A DNA stretch of 64,000 bases from an uncultured Gemmatimonadales bacterium (GTDB lineage: Bacteria > Gemmatimonadota > Gemmatimonadetes > Gemmatimonadales > GWC2-71-9). The notes under the pieces are model-generated. The model did no database searches, had not been told where the DNA came from, and saw nothing but the letters and a program-made list of their open reading frames with translations. Shown here one piece after another: positions 28,607 through 39,539 of this stretch. Both the position numbers and the translations under genes were made by a program. Positions within the stretch are counted from its first letter, which is position 1, and each line of letters opens with the position of its first letter. The DNA is taken from NCBI GenBank assembly GCA_963844035.1, contig CAWJMT010000035.1, positions 32,001-96,000 of the forward strand, written 5' to 3'.

Positions 28607-29419
28607 ATGCGCTGGATTCCCGGTAGCCGAAGCGAAAACCTTGAGGACCGCCGCGGCCAACGCTTCGGCGGTTTTGGCCGACTTGGCCTGGGGGGCGCGG
28701 TCATCGTCGTGGTTCTCAGCCTCGTGTTTGGGCGTGACTTCACCGGAATCTTGACTGATGGTGGGGACGTCGGCTCCCAGTCCGCTCCGGACGGGTCCGC
28801 GCCACCAGTCCAGTCCACGCCCCAGGAAGAACGCCTCGTCGACTTCGTCTCGTTCGTGCTGGACAGCGCGCAGGCCACCTGGGCCCGGATCCTGCCTCAG
28901 GAAGGCGTCGGCTATCGCCCCGCGAAGCTGGTGCTGTTCCGCGATGCGGTGCAATCCGCCTGTGGGTTCGGCCAGGCAGCCAGTGGGCCGTTCTACTGCC
29001 CTGGCGACGAAAAGGTGTACATCGACCTCGGCTTCTTCGAGGAGCTCAAGACCCGCTTCGGTGCGCCTGGCGATTTTGCACAGGCCTACGTTCTCGCCCA
29101 TGAGCTCGGCCACCACGTCCAGAACCTGCGCGGCACCATGGGCGCGGTGCGCGACAACCAACAGTCGGTCCAGATCGAGCTACAGGCTGACTGCCTTGCG
29201 GGCGTCTGGGGCTACCACGCGTCACGGCAGAACCTGCTCGAGCCCGGTGACGTGGACGAGGGCCTGGGTGCCGCAGCGGCGGTCGGCGATGATCGAGTGC
29301 AGGGCATGTCGACGGGCCGCGTGAGCCCCGAGAACTTCACCCACGGGTCGTCCGCCCAACGCATCGCCGCGTTCCGGCGCGGGCTCACGTCCGGCCGCGT
29401 GGCTGACTGCGGCCCCTAG
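28607..29419 (+). CDS. Neutral zinc metallopeptidase (YpfJ family)
   Basis: SENLEDRRG, GPFYCPGD, YVLAHELGHHVQ, ELQADCLAG, FTHGSSAQR. Confidence 0.93.
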   Translation: MRWIPGSRSENLEDRRGQRFGGFGRLGLGGAVIVVVLSLVFGRDFTGILTDGGDVGSQSAPDGSAPPVQSTPQEERLVDFVSFVLDSAQATWARILPQEGVGYRPAKLVLFRDAVQSACGFGQAASGPFYCPGDEKVYIDLGFFEELKTRFGAPGDFAQAYVLAHELGHHVQNLRGTMGAVRDNQQSVQIELQADCLAGVWGYHASRQNLLEPGDVDEGLGAAAAVGDDRVQGMSTGRVSPENFTHGSSAQRIAAFRRGLTSGRVADCGP

Positions 29420-29626
29420 AGTCCGCCGAAGCCCTTCGGCGCGACGATCGTCGCCCTCGGTGCGCCGGTGGGGGAAGACTCACGCTGGTAGAATGTGAAC
29501 GATGCTGGCAAGAGAACACGCGCAGCCTTGCAACACAGGCCCTCGCGCCCGCTAAATGGACTCGTCACCTCGCACAAGCTCGGCGCATCGTCGCAAACCG
29601 GGCCCTCGCGCTGACTAGGCGGACTC
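29419..29626. repeat. About 208-bp palindromic intergenic element (REP/MITE-like or ncRNA)
   Basis: Terminal IR GAGTCCGCC/GGCGGACTC, internal hairpins, 26-bp imperfect direct repeat. Confidence 0.45.
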
Positions 29627-29627
29627 C

Positions 29628-31662
29628 TTACCGTGCTAAGCCGAGGCTGTCGTCCGGGGAACGGAACACCGCTCGAGGATGCCGCGCGCCACGTGATCCG
29701 CGATCGCCATGATCGTGATCATGGGATTGACGCCGCTCGAGGTGGGGAACGCACTGGCATCCGCCACATACAGCCCCCGCACAGTGTGAGACTCGCCGGT
29801 CTCCCCGACCACCGAGCGAGCGGGGTCGGCGCCCATGGCACAGCTCGCCATCTGATGGAACGTGATGTAGGACATGCGGCACTTGGTGTAGCCACGGTGG
29901 TCTAAGGCGTCGCCGAACCGCTCGAGCCAGCTGCGGCTCGCTCACCCGCGCACGGGCCGGCGGCGTCTGGAGCGAGAACAGCTCGGTGGCCCCGGCGGCG
30001 GCGAGCACCTGCGCCGCCCCCACGAGCCCCTGCCGCACGTTGGCCACGTCGCGGGGCGACAGCTCGTAGTGCACGCGCGGCCGCCCGTCGCGCCCCACCA
30101 CGACGCGTCCCGGATCGCGGTCGCGGAGCAGCACCCCCACGATGCTCACGTTCGCCAGACGGCTCAGGTCCTCGCGGTGACGGACGGCGCTCTCCCATCC
30201 GAACCCGCTGGCCGGCAGCGCGAAGTGGACCGGCGCCGTTTCGAACTTCACCCCGTATCCGTCGCCCAGATCCGCGAATTGGTCGGAGTAGCGGGTCTGC
30301 AGGGCGCCGGTCCACGGCTCCACCCGCTGCGGGAAAATGCCGGCGATCGCGGTGGCCGGATGCAGCCGCAGGCCGCGGCCGATGGCCGGTCATCGTCCAG
30401 GCCGGATCGCTGGAGCAGCGCGGGCGTGTTGATCGATCCGCACGCCGCCACGACAACGCCCGCGCGTACCGTGAGCTGATGGCGCGTGCCGCTCGAGCCG
30501 GTGACGACGCCCTCGATGCCCGTCGCGCGACCCGCCTCGACCCGGATGCGGAGCACATCGCAGTTGGGCACGAGCTGGGCGCCGGCACGCGCAGCCGCCG
30601 CCAGGTAGGTGCGGGCCGTGGAGTTCTTCGCGCCATGGCGGCAGCCGTAGCCGCAGTAGCCGCACTCGACGCCTTCCTTGCAGCCGGTGACGTTGCGCGG
30701 AATGACCCCCACGTGCCAGCCGAGGCTGTTGCACCCGCGCTCGAGTAACTGATCACGGATCCCCGGGGTGGTCCACTGCGTGCCAACGTTCAGGCGGCGC
30801 GCCACGTTGTCGAGCGAACGTTGCGAAACGGGGACTCGTGAACAGCGTGAGACCGGACAGCCGGTCCCATTCTGCGCGGATCTCGGGTGGCAGCGGGAAG
30901 CTCGTCGTGTAGTTGATCACGGTGCCGCCGCCGAGGCAGCTGCCGGCGAGGATCGGCAGCGATCCGTTCTGGGTCAGCATCAACCCGGAATCGAGGTAGT
31001 AGCGGGACAGCATGTCGCCTTCGACCTGGGTGAAGTCGCGCGAGCCCGGGTTGCCGCCCTTCTCGAGCACCACCACGCGCAGACCGGCCTCCGCCAGGAG
31101 GCCCGCCACCACGCCGCCGCCGGCTCCGGAGCCCACCACTACGACGTCGCAGTCGAGCACGGTATCCCGATCGATCGCGAGGGCCGGCAGTGGCTCGACG
31201 GCGGCAGGAGGGTCGGGCAGCGGTCCCGGGTATCCGGTCGCTTCCCACGCCGGGTGGCGACGACCTACCGGCCAGCAGTAGTGCGCGACGTGCACCAGCC
31301 GCTTGAGCGCCTGGAACCCGGCGCGCCGCAGCGTGAGGCGCGATCGGGAATAGCCCCGCAGCACCGCCTCGCGCTGCACCGCGGGCAGCGCGGTAAATGC
31401 GGCGAACGTTCCGGCGAACAACAGATTGACCAGGGGGTTGTCGAGCATGCGGAGCAGCAGCTTCAGGCGCTTCCGGTCCGCCGGGCTGGGCACGCTCTCG
31501 ATCAGCCGGGCGGCGCGATCCGACTGTGCCGGCCTGCCGTGCCCCGAGGGCGAAAAAGCCGCCGGGATCTTCCGGCCGTGGGATGGACGGGACGAGGGTC
31601 TCACATACCGCTTCTAAGACTCTCTGCTCTCGGGCGGACAGCCCCTCGTGCTCGTCCGCCAT
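29628..31662 (-). CDS. GMC oxidoreductase, long-chain alcohol oxidase-like (multiple indels)
   Basis: VVVGSGAGGG, LGGGTVINY, CGYCGYGC, HQMASC, LYVADASAFPTSSGVNPMIT. Confidence 0.9.
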
Positions 31663-31674
31663 GCTCGCTGGCCC

Positions 31675-33449
31675 TCAGTACCCGACTGCGCCGCCGCCGC
31701 GCCGGGGATCGGCCACGCCGACCCAACCGTCGGCGGTCTTCGCGATCGCATTGACGCCCGTCTTGTAGCGCCACTCGTGGATGGTGTGGCCCATCGCGGT
31801 CAGCGAGTCGAGCGATGCCTTGCACGAACCCGCTCTTGCTCCACGTACAGGAGATCGGGCAGTCCCTGATGATGCAGGCGCGGCGCGGCCACGGCATCGC
31901 GCAACGACATGCCTTGATCGATGACGTTGCTGATCACCTGGTACACTGCCGTCGTGATGCGCGAGCCGCCCGGCGAGCCCAGCACCATGAACAGCGCACC
32001 GGCGGTATCCAGCACGACGGAGGGGGTCATGGCGGAGAGCATGCGCTTTCCGGGCGCGATCGCGTTGGTGGCGCCTTGCACCAGGCCGTACAGGTTGGCC
32101 TTGCCGGGCGCCGTCGTGAAATCGTCCATCTCGTCGTTCAGCAGGAACCCCGCGCCGGTGACCGTGACGGCGCTGCCGAAATCGTTGTTCAGGGTCGTGG
32201 TGCACGACACGGCGTTGTCGTCGGCATCGACCACGGAATAGTGGGTCGTTTCCGTGCCCTCGACGTGGGGCGTCATGCGCGGCGTCGGCGTCGCACGCTG
32301 CAAGTCGATGTCCGCCCGAAGCGTCGCCGCATACTCCTTACTCAGCAGGCGCTCCACCGGGAGTGGCACGACGTCGGGATCCCCCAGGTACAGGTTCCGA
32401 TCGACGAACGCGCGCCGCATCGTCTCCGCCTGGAGGTGCATGAGGGCCGCGCTGCCGAATCGGGGGAGGCTCGGGTAGCCCTCCATCACGTTGAGGATCT
32501 CGGCGAGCGTCACGCCGCCGCCGCTCGGCGGCATGGTGTAGATCGCGTAGCCCCGATACGTGATGTGGATCGGCACCCGCCACTTGGGGTGGTAGCGCGC
32601 CAGATCCTGCTTGGTGATCAGGCCGCCGCCGCGCTGCATCTCCTGCACGATGAGCTTGGCGATGCTGCCGTGGTAGAACGGCTTTGGACCGCTGTCGGCG
32701 ATGAGCTGCAGGGTGGCCCCGAGCTCCCGCTGCACGAACGGCGTCCCGGGGGGCGGCGCGGCGCCATCGAGAAGAAACTGCGCCCGGGAGGCGGGGAAGC
32801 GGGTCAGCCGCTCCAACTCGACGTTGATGTTGCGGCTGCGAATCGCGTCGAGCACGTGGCCGTCGCGCGCGAGCGCGACCGCGGGCGCCACGACGTCGGC
32901 CCACGGCAGCTTGCCGAACTTGCGGTGCGCTTCGAACATGCCGGCCACACTTCCCGGAACCCCCGCCGAGAGGGGCCCGGTGAGCGCCGCCTCCGTCACG
33001 TTGCCGGCCGAGTCCACGTACATGCCGGCGGTCGCGCCTCCGGGGGCGACCTCGCGGTAGTCGAGCGCGTGGACGGTACCGTCGTGCAGGCGGATCACCA
33101 TGAACCCGCCGCCACCGATGTTGCCGGCAATCGGCTGCACCACGGCGAGCGCGAATCCGACCGCCACCGCGGCGTCGACGGCGTTGCCGCCGCGGCGCAG
33201 GATGTCGGCCCCGACGGCGCTGGCGAGCGGATGCGCCGACACCACCATGGCGTGCTGGCCGCTGACCGCGCCGCCCCGATCGGTGAGCGGCCACGTCGGC
33301 CCGATGAGGGGACTGCGGGCCGTGCTCTCGGGCGTCGGCGGTGGTGCCCCGCCGGCGACGGGCTCGGGCGCGGCTGGTGTCGCCGCCGGTCCCTTGGTGC
33401 CGCCGCAGGCCGCGAGCAGTGCGAGCGTAAGTGCGAGGAGTGCGCGCAT
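31675..33449 (-). CDS. ggt: Gamma-glutamyltransferase, lipoprotein (indel near 31830)
   Basis: LAAC lipobox, GGNAVDAAVA, ETTHYSVVD, LNDEMDDF, SAMTP, GSPGGSRI, ADPRRGG. Confidence 0.95.
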
Positions 33450-33508
33450 CCCGAATTGTGCACGTTGACCCAAGCAACGGTCAACGCCTAACTTGGAACC
33501 GACCCCCC

Positions 33509-34440
33509 ATGACCGCTCCCGGCCATCAGGATCCCCGCCTCACCGAGCAGCGCAACCCGCGGACCGAGCGCATCGATGTCGCCTCGAGCCTCGAAATCGC
33601 CGACCTGCTCGCGGGCGAAGACGCGCGCGTCGTTCCGGCGGTTCAGCTCGAGCGGGAGCGCGTGGCGCGCGCCATCGATCTTGCGGTCGCGGCGTTTCAG
33701 CGCGGCGGCCGCCTGCTCTACGTCGGAGCGGGGACCTCCGGCCGGCTCGGCGTGCTCGACGCGAGTGAGTGCCCGCCGACGTTCGGGACGCCACCCACGA
33801 TGGTGGTGGGAATCATGGCGGGTGGCCTGCCGGCGCTGGTGCGGAGCATCGAGGGAGCGGAGGACGACGTGAACGCGGCAGACGCCGCGATCGATCAGGC
33901 GGGCGTGGGGAAGGCGGATTTCGTGCTCGGGATCGCGGCCAGCGGCACCACGCCGTTCGTCCGCGCGGCGCTGGGGCGCGCCAAATCGCTCGGCGCCACC
34001 ACCGGCTTGCTGTCCTGCACCGATCCGCCGCGCCAGCTCGCCGAAGCTTGCGACGTGGTGATTCTCCCCAAGGTGGGCCCGGAAGCCGTGACCGGATCGA
34101 CGCGCATGAAAGCCGGCACCGCCACCAAGCTCGTCCTCAACGCCATCACGACCGGCGCCATGATTCGGCTCGGCAAGGTGTACGGCAATCTGATGGTGGA
34201 CGTGATGGCCACGAGCGACAAGCTGCGCGACCGTGGTGAACGGATCGTGATGGAGTGCGCCGGCGCGGATCGGGCGCGCGCCCGCGCCGCGATCGACGCG
34301 GCCGGCGGGAGCGTGAAGGTCGCGATCGTCATGGTGCGGCTGAGCCTGAGCCGCGACGAGGGCGTCCGCACGCTCGAGTCCGCGGGGGGGAGCATGCGCC
34401 GCGCGATCGGTGATCCACCTCCCGTCGGTCGGGCAAGTGA
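33509..34440 (+). CDS. murQ: N-acetylmuramic acid 6-phosphate etherase (stop lost through an indel at the 3' end)
   Basis: TEQRNP, GAGTSGRLGVLDASECPPTF, EGAED, GPEAVTGSTRMKAGTATK, NLMVDV. Confidence 0.95.
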
Positions 34441-35561
34441 CCACCACACTCGCCGTCGGGATCATGTCGGGCACGTCGCTCGACGGCGTGTCGACGGCGC
34501 TCGTGAAGGTGACGGAGTCGCCGCCCGGTGCGGAGCTCGTGGCATTCCGCGTCGAGCCTTACGCCGCCGCGGAGCGCGCGCAGATGATCGACGTCATGGC
34601 GCGCGGCAGCGCGCGGGACCTGGCGCTGTTGCACGTCGCGCTGGGCGAGCGCTTCGCCGGGGCCGTGCTGCAGCTGCTCGCCACGGCGGGGGTCGCGCCG
34701 CGCGACCTGTCCTTCGTCGCGTCGCACGGGCAGACCGTGTGGCACGAGCCGGGGCGCGCCACGCTGCAGCTGGGCGACCCCGCCGTGCTGGCGGAGCGCC
34801 TCGGCGTGCGGGTGGTGAGCGATTTTCGTGCGCGCGATGTGGCGGCGGGGGGCCAGGGGGCTCCCCTCGTGCCGCTCGCCGACGTGCTGCTGTTCGGGCA
34901 CCCCGCGCACGGGCGGCTGCTGCTCAACCTCGGCGGCATCGCCAACGTCACCTGGGTGGCGCGGCGCGGCGAGATCGCGGGCGCCGTGGCATTCGACACC
35001 GGACCGGGCGTGGGCGTGATCGACGCCGTAGTACGGCGGTTCACGCCCGACGCACCGTTCGATCGCGACGGTGAGCGCGCTCGTCGCGGGCAGCCGATCT
35101 CGTCCGTATTGGACCAGCTGCTTGCCGATGCGTATTTCGCCGCGCCTCCTCCCAAGAGCACCGGGCGTGAGCGCTTCAGCCCGGCGTACGCGGAGCAGTC
35201 TGATCGAGCTGGTGCGAGCGGCGGGCGGCTCCGAGAACGACGCCGTCGCGACGGCCACGGTGCTGACCGCCGAGGCCGTGGCCCGGGCGATCACGCGGTG
35301 GACCCCGGCGGGCGCCGGGGAGGAGCTGGTGATCTCGGGCGGCGGCGCGCGCAATCCCGCGTTGGTCGAGCAGCTCGCCGCGCGCGTGCATCCCCGGCCC
35401 GTGGTGCTGTTCGACGCGCTGTTCTTCGATGGCGAAGCGAAGGAGGCTCTGGTCTTTGCGTTCCTCGGATCATCTCACGCTCGACCAACCGGCCCGGGAA
35501 TCTCCCCGCCGCGACGGGCGCCCGCGGCCCGCGCGTGTTGGGGCACGTCACCCCGGCGTGA
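34437..35561 (+). CDS. anmK: Anhydro-N-acetylmuramic acid kinase (compensating indels)
   Basis: GIMSGTSLDG, SHGQT, DFRARDVAAGGQGAPL, NLGGIAN, FDTGPG, PPKSTGRE, GGGARN, KEAL. Confidence 0.95.
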   Translation: MTTTLAVGIMSGTSLDGVSTALVKVTESPPGAELVAFRVEPYAAAERAQMIDVMARGSARDLALLHVALGERFAGAVLQLLATAGVAPRDLSFVASHGQTVWHEPGRATLQLGDPAVLAERLGVRVVSDFRARDVAAGGQGAPLVPLADVLLFGHPAHGRLLLNLGGIANVTWVARRGEIAGAVAFDTGPGVGVIDAVVRRFTPDAPFDRDGERARRGQPISSVLDQLLADAYFAAPPPKSTGRERFSPAYAEQSDRAGASGGRLRERRRRDGHGADRRGRGPGDHAVDPGGRRGGAGDLGRRRAQSRVGRAARRARASPARGAVRRAVLRWRSEGGSGLCVPRIISRSTNRPGNLPAATGARGPRVLGHVTPA

Positions 35562-37011
35562 GTGCAACGCTTGCGCGGCTGGTGTTTCCGTCGCTCCGAT
35601 TCAGACCGGCGACGGCGGCGGGTTCGCGCATGAGCGCGCCAAGATCGATGCGGCCCTCAAGGCCGGCGTCGGGGGATTCATCCTGTTCGGCGGCGACCGC
35701 GCAAGCATCACGACGCTCACGACGAACCTGCGCGCGGCCGCCGGGCGCCCACTGCTGATCGGCGCCGACCTGGAGCGCGGGCCCAGGCAGCAGGTCGAGG
35801 GACTCACCGAGCTGCCGCCCCCCGCCGCGCTCGGATGGCTGGCGGACCTGACCGACGACCAACACGGCGGGCATGATCACCGCGGTGCGAGGCCCGGTCG
35901 GTCGGCATCACGTGGGCGTTTGCCCCGGTGTGCGATCTCGACAATGAGCCGAAGAACCCGATCGTCCAGACGCGCTCCTTCGGCGTCGATCCGGCGCTCG
36001 TGGGCGAGCACGCGGCAGCGTGGATCCGTGGCTGCCAGGAGCACGGCGTGCTCGCGTGCGCCAAGCACTATCCGGGACACGGGCGGACCACGCAGGACTC
36101 CCATGCGACGCTGCCGCGGGTGACGACGGCGATGGCGGAGCTCGAGCAGACCGATCTGGTCCCGTTCGCGGCGGCGGTGCGCGCCGGGGTCGGCAGCGTG
36201 ATGAGCGCGTTCGTCGCGTATCCGGGCTGGGACCCGAGCGGCAGTGCCGCGGGCTACTCGCCGAGTGATGCTCGACTACCTGCGGGACACGCTTGGCTTC
36301 CAGGGCATCGTGGTCACCGACGCGCTGATCATGGCGGGAGCGACCGCGCGCCAGGCCGAGGCGCCCGCCACGGCGAGCGCGGTAGCGGCGGGGTGCGATG
36401 CGCTGTTGTATCCGGCGGACTTCGCAGGCGTAGTCGCGGAGCTCGACCGCGCCGTGGGCGGTGTGATCTCCGTCGCCCGGGCCGACGCCGCGCTGGCGCG
36501 CTACCAGCACGCGGTGGATACGTGGAGTCAGGGCCCCGAGCAGGGCGAGCCGGACCTGGCGGCGCACGCCGACTACGCCGATCGGCTCGCCACGCGGGTG
36601 ACGCACATGGTGCGGGGCGATGCGCCGGCGCATCGCGCCGCCGTTATCGTGTCGATCGTGGACGACGATGTGGGTGGGCCGTACAAGGTCGGGCCGCGGG
36701 ACGTCTTCCACGCACACCTTGCGCGAGGCGGGGGTAGCAATCGCAGCGGGCAACGGGGAACGGGCAGACGGGGAACGGGTATCGTGCTCGTCTACGCCGA
36801 GCCGCGGTCGTGGAAGGGGCGGGCCGACCTGGGTCCGCGCTCGCTCTCGGCCCTGAAGACGCTCGCACCGAAGGCCGCCCTCATTATTCTGTTCGGCCAT
36901 CCGCGTCTCGCGGCGCAGATTCCGGGCAAGGCGCCGGTGGTGTGCTGCTGGCATGGGCAGCCGTTGATGCAGCGCGCGGCGGCGAGGTGGGTCAAAGACA
37001 AGACCAAGTAA
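35558..37011 (+). CDS. nagZ: Beta-N-acetylhexosaminidase, GH3 (multiple indels)
   Basis: LLIGADLERG, NPIVQTRSFG, KHYPGHGRTTQDSH, VTDALIM. Confidence 0.9.
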
Positions 37012-37070
37012 GAGGGACGGGGGACGAGGGAGGGGTAGCACCCGTCCCCCGTCCCCCCTCCCTCGTCCCC
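37012..37070. repeat. Inverted heptamer repeats forming a hairpin between convergent genes
   Basis: agagggacgggggacgagggagggg ... cccgtcccccgtcccccctccctcgtcccc. Confidence 0.7.
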
Positions 37071-38509
37071 TACCGCATCACTCCGAGTTGTCTCAGGTAT
37101 GCTGAAACGGTCCGTCCCGGCACCGCAAAAATGATCTTGCCCTGAGACTCCCGGTTCCCGCCGTACAGCATCGCGACCACGCGACCGTCGCGGTCGAAGA
37201 TTGGACTGCCTGAGGATCCCGGCGCCCCGTAGCCATCCACCTGCACGAGGGTACTCAGCACCTTGCTCACCGTCCCCACCGTCAGCGTGGGATCGGCGAC
37301 GGTGGTGCGGTCCTGGCTTTCCATCGGCAGGTCCTCGCCGAGCGGATAGCCGATGATCGCGACCGGGTCGCCGCGCTGCGGATCTTGTGCGGCGGCGGCG
37401 AATCCCACGACGCGCGGCGTGCCGCCGCGGATGTCCACCTTGAAGACGCCGACATCGGCGCTGTCGGACACGCCGAGCAGGCGTCCCTGGAACCACTGCT
37501 TGCTCCCCGAAAACTTGACGGCGATGCCGAGCGGCGCGCGGCCGCCCGCTTCGCCCACGAGCACATGCTTGTTGGTGACCATCGTGCCCTGAGAGTCCAC
37601 CGAAAACGCCGTGCCGCTGAACACCTCGGTCGCGGAGAACTTGACCAGCACCAGGGCCACGGCGTCGGTATTGCGACGCGCGATCCCACGGAAGTCCACG
37701 CGCGAGGCGTCGGCGAGTCCTCGCTGGCGCAGTTCGGCGGAGTCGAGCTGGGAGCGGAGCAGCGCCACCGTGGCGGGGTCACCGCTCGTTCCCAGCGCGG
37801 CAAGGGCGCCGCGCAGCCGTCCCGTCTCAGCCTGCGAGGCGCGCAGCGCGGTGCGCATGCTTTGCATTTCGGTTTGGACGCTGGACAGGAGCAGCTGCGC
37901 CGCCCGACTCAGGGAATCGGCGCGCGCTTGCAGCGCGGCGAGCTCACCAGCGTGGCGGGCGTTGTTCCATTGCATCCACCCGAAGGCGCCGACGCTCACT
38001 AAGAGGAGGGCGAGGAGCGTCTTGGTGGTGCGGCGGAGCCCCTGCGTCTGGCGCTCGACTTCCGCGGCGATGCGCACGCCGGTGCTGCTGGGCGCGGGCG
38101 GAGTGCGGGGCGGGGCGGACACCGCGCGGAACTGGTCCCGTGGAGACGACATCCGCCCGGCGGAATCGCGCGCGGCGGCTGACGAATCGGCGGCGCCGGC
38201 ATCGAGGACGTGAAACTCGAGCGACGGGCCGTGAGTGCCGAGCGCGATGACGTCGCCGTCGCGCACCGGCGCATCGCCCGTGACCGCGATCCCGTTGACG
38301 AACGTGCCGTTGGTGCTGCCGAGGTCGCGTACGATGAAGGCGTCACCCTGGCGGATGATCGCGGCGTGTTGGGAAGAGACATCGAGGTCGCCCGCCGGAT
38401 CGAACCGCAGATCCGACAGGGGATTCCGGCCCAGCGCGACGTAGCCTTTCTGGAATGTCTCAACCTGTCCGGCGCGTGTGCCGGACAGGATCTTGATTCG
38501 AGCCTTCAC
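37070..38509 (-). CDS. FHA-TM-coiled-coil-trypsin-like serine protease
   Basis: FHA (LGR, SSQH, STNGT), TM helix, triad TNKHV / ADVG / GSSGSP. Confidence 0.9.
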   Translation of the reverse strand: MKARIKILSGTRAGQVETFQKGYVALGRNPLSDLRFDPAGDLDVSSQHAAIIRQGDAFIVRDLGSTNGTFVNGIAVTGDAPVRDGDVIALGTHGPSLEFHVLDAGAADSSAAARDSAGRMSSPRDQFRAVSAPPRTPPAPSSTGVRIAAEVERQTQGLRRTTKTLLALLLVSVGAFGWMQWNNARHAGELAALQARADSLSRAAQLLLSSVQTEMQSMRTALRASQAETGRLRGALAALGTSGDPATVALLRSQLDSAELRQRGLADASRVDFRGIARRNTDAVALVLVKFSATEVFSGTAFSVDSQGTMVTNKHVLVGEAGGRAPLGIAVKFSGSKQWFQGRLLGVSDSADVGVFKVDIRGGTPRVVGFAAAAQDPQRGDPVAIIGYPLGEDLPMESQDRTTVADPTLTVGTVSKVLSTLVQVDGYGAPGSSGSPIFDRDGRVVAMLYGGNRESQGKIIFAVPGRTVSAYLRQLGVMR

Positions 38510-39537
38510 GGGCGCTGGCCGACGAGGTACAGCCCCAGGCCCACCAGCGTCGCCGCGATCGCCAACAGGAGCAACGCGCGCCAGCGCGTGCGCCTCGCCC
38601 GCACCGGCGGCGGGCTGCCGGTGTAGACGGGAACGGGCTCGGTGGCCGTGTCCGTGTCGATGAGCGGGTACACCTGATGCCCGGGCGTGTCTCCCGGGTC
38701 AGCGGCACGCAGCCCCTCACCCTCGAAGCGCGCGACGATCACCGTGATGTTGTCCGGGCCCCCGCGCTCGTTCGCGAGCGCGATGAGACGATCGCATGCG
38801 CCCGGCAGGTCGTGCCCGCCGCCCACGATCGCGCTGATTTCCTCCTTCTTTACCTGGCCCGTGAGGCCGTCGGAGCAGAGGACGAGCACGTCGCCGTTCC
38901 GCAGCTCCTGATGCGTCAGGTCCACCTTCACTTTGGGATCGGGGCCGAGCGCCTGGAGAATGATGTTGCGGCGTTCGCTGTGCGCCGCCTCCTCCTCGGT
39001 GAGCTCGCCGGCCTCGACCAGGCGCTGCATCAGCGACTGATCCTTGGTGAGCTGGAATGCCGTCCCGTTGCGTACCAGATAGGCGCGGCTGTCCCCGACC
39101 TGCGTGAGGAATACCTGGTCGCCGAGTACGCCGACGGCGGTCGTGGTCGTCCCCATCCCGCGCATTTCAGGGTGCGCGATCGCATACGAATGAATGTGCC
39201 GGTTCGCCGCCTCGACCGCCTCGCGCAGCCGGTACGCAAACCGCTGCGATGTGGGCTCCGGCTCCTCGCCCCAGGCCGTGACCAGGTGATTGTAGATCGT
39301 ATCGGTGGCCATCTCGCTGGCGATCTCTCCCGCCGCCGCGCCCCCCATCCCGTCGGCCACCACGAGCAATGAGCCGTACCCACCCACCTCGTGCTCTCGT
39401 ACCTCGGGCAGCAGCGAAGCCTGCCGCCGCGAGAGATCGGCAACGAGAAAGTGATCTTCGTTGTGATCGCGCGAGCGGCCCACGTCCGTCTTGGCGAACA
39501 CGTGAATCTGGGTGGGCTTGGAGACGCGTCCGAACAT
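38506..39537 (-). CDS. PP2C-type Ser/Thr phosphatase with C-terminal TM
   Basis: TDVGRSRDHNED, VADGMGG, MGTT, VGDSRAY, LCSDGL, GGPDNIT. Confidence 0.95.
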   Translation of the reverse strand: MFGRVSKPTQIHVFAKTDVGRSRDHNEDHFLVADLSRRQASLLPEVREHEVGGYGSLLVVADGMGGAAAGEIASEMATDTIYNHLVTAWGEEPEPTSQRFAYRLREAVEAANRHIHSYAIAHPEMRGMGTTTTAVGVLGDQVFLTQVGDSRAYLVRNGTAFQLTKDQSLMQRLVEAGELTEEEAAHSERRNIILQALGPDPKVKVDLTHQELRNGDVLVLCSDGLTGQVKKEEISAIVGGGHDLPGACDRLIALANERGGPDNITVIVARFEGEGLRAADPGDTPGHQVYPLIDTDTATEPVPVYTGSPPPVRARRTRWRALLLLAIAATLVGLGLYLVGQRP

Positions 39538-39539
39538 GG

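Noticed and set aside
29538..29626. CRISPR mini-array (26-bp repeats, 37-bp spacer)
   Set aside because: Only two copies, 20/26 identical, no cas genes or leader
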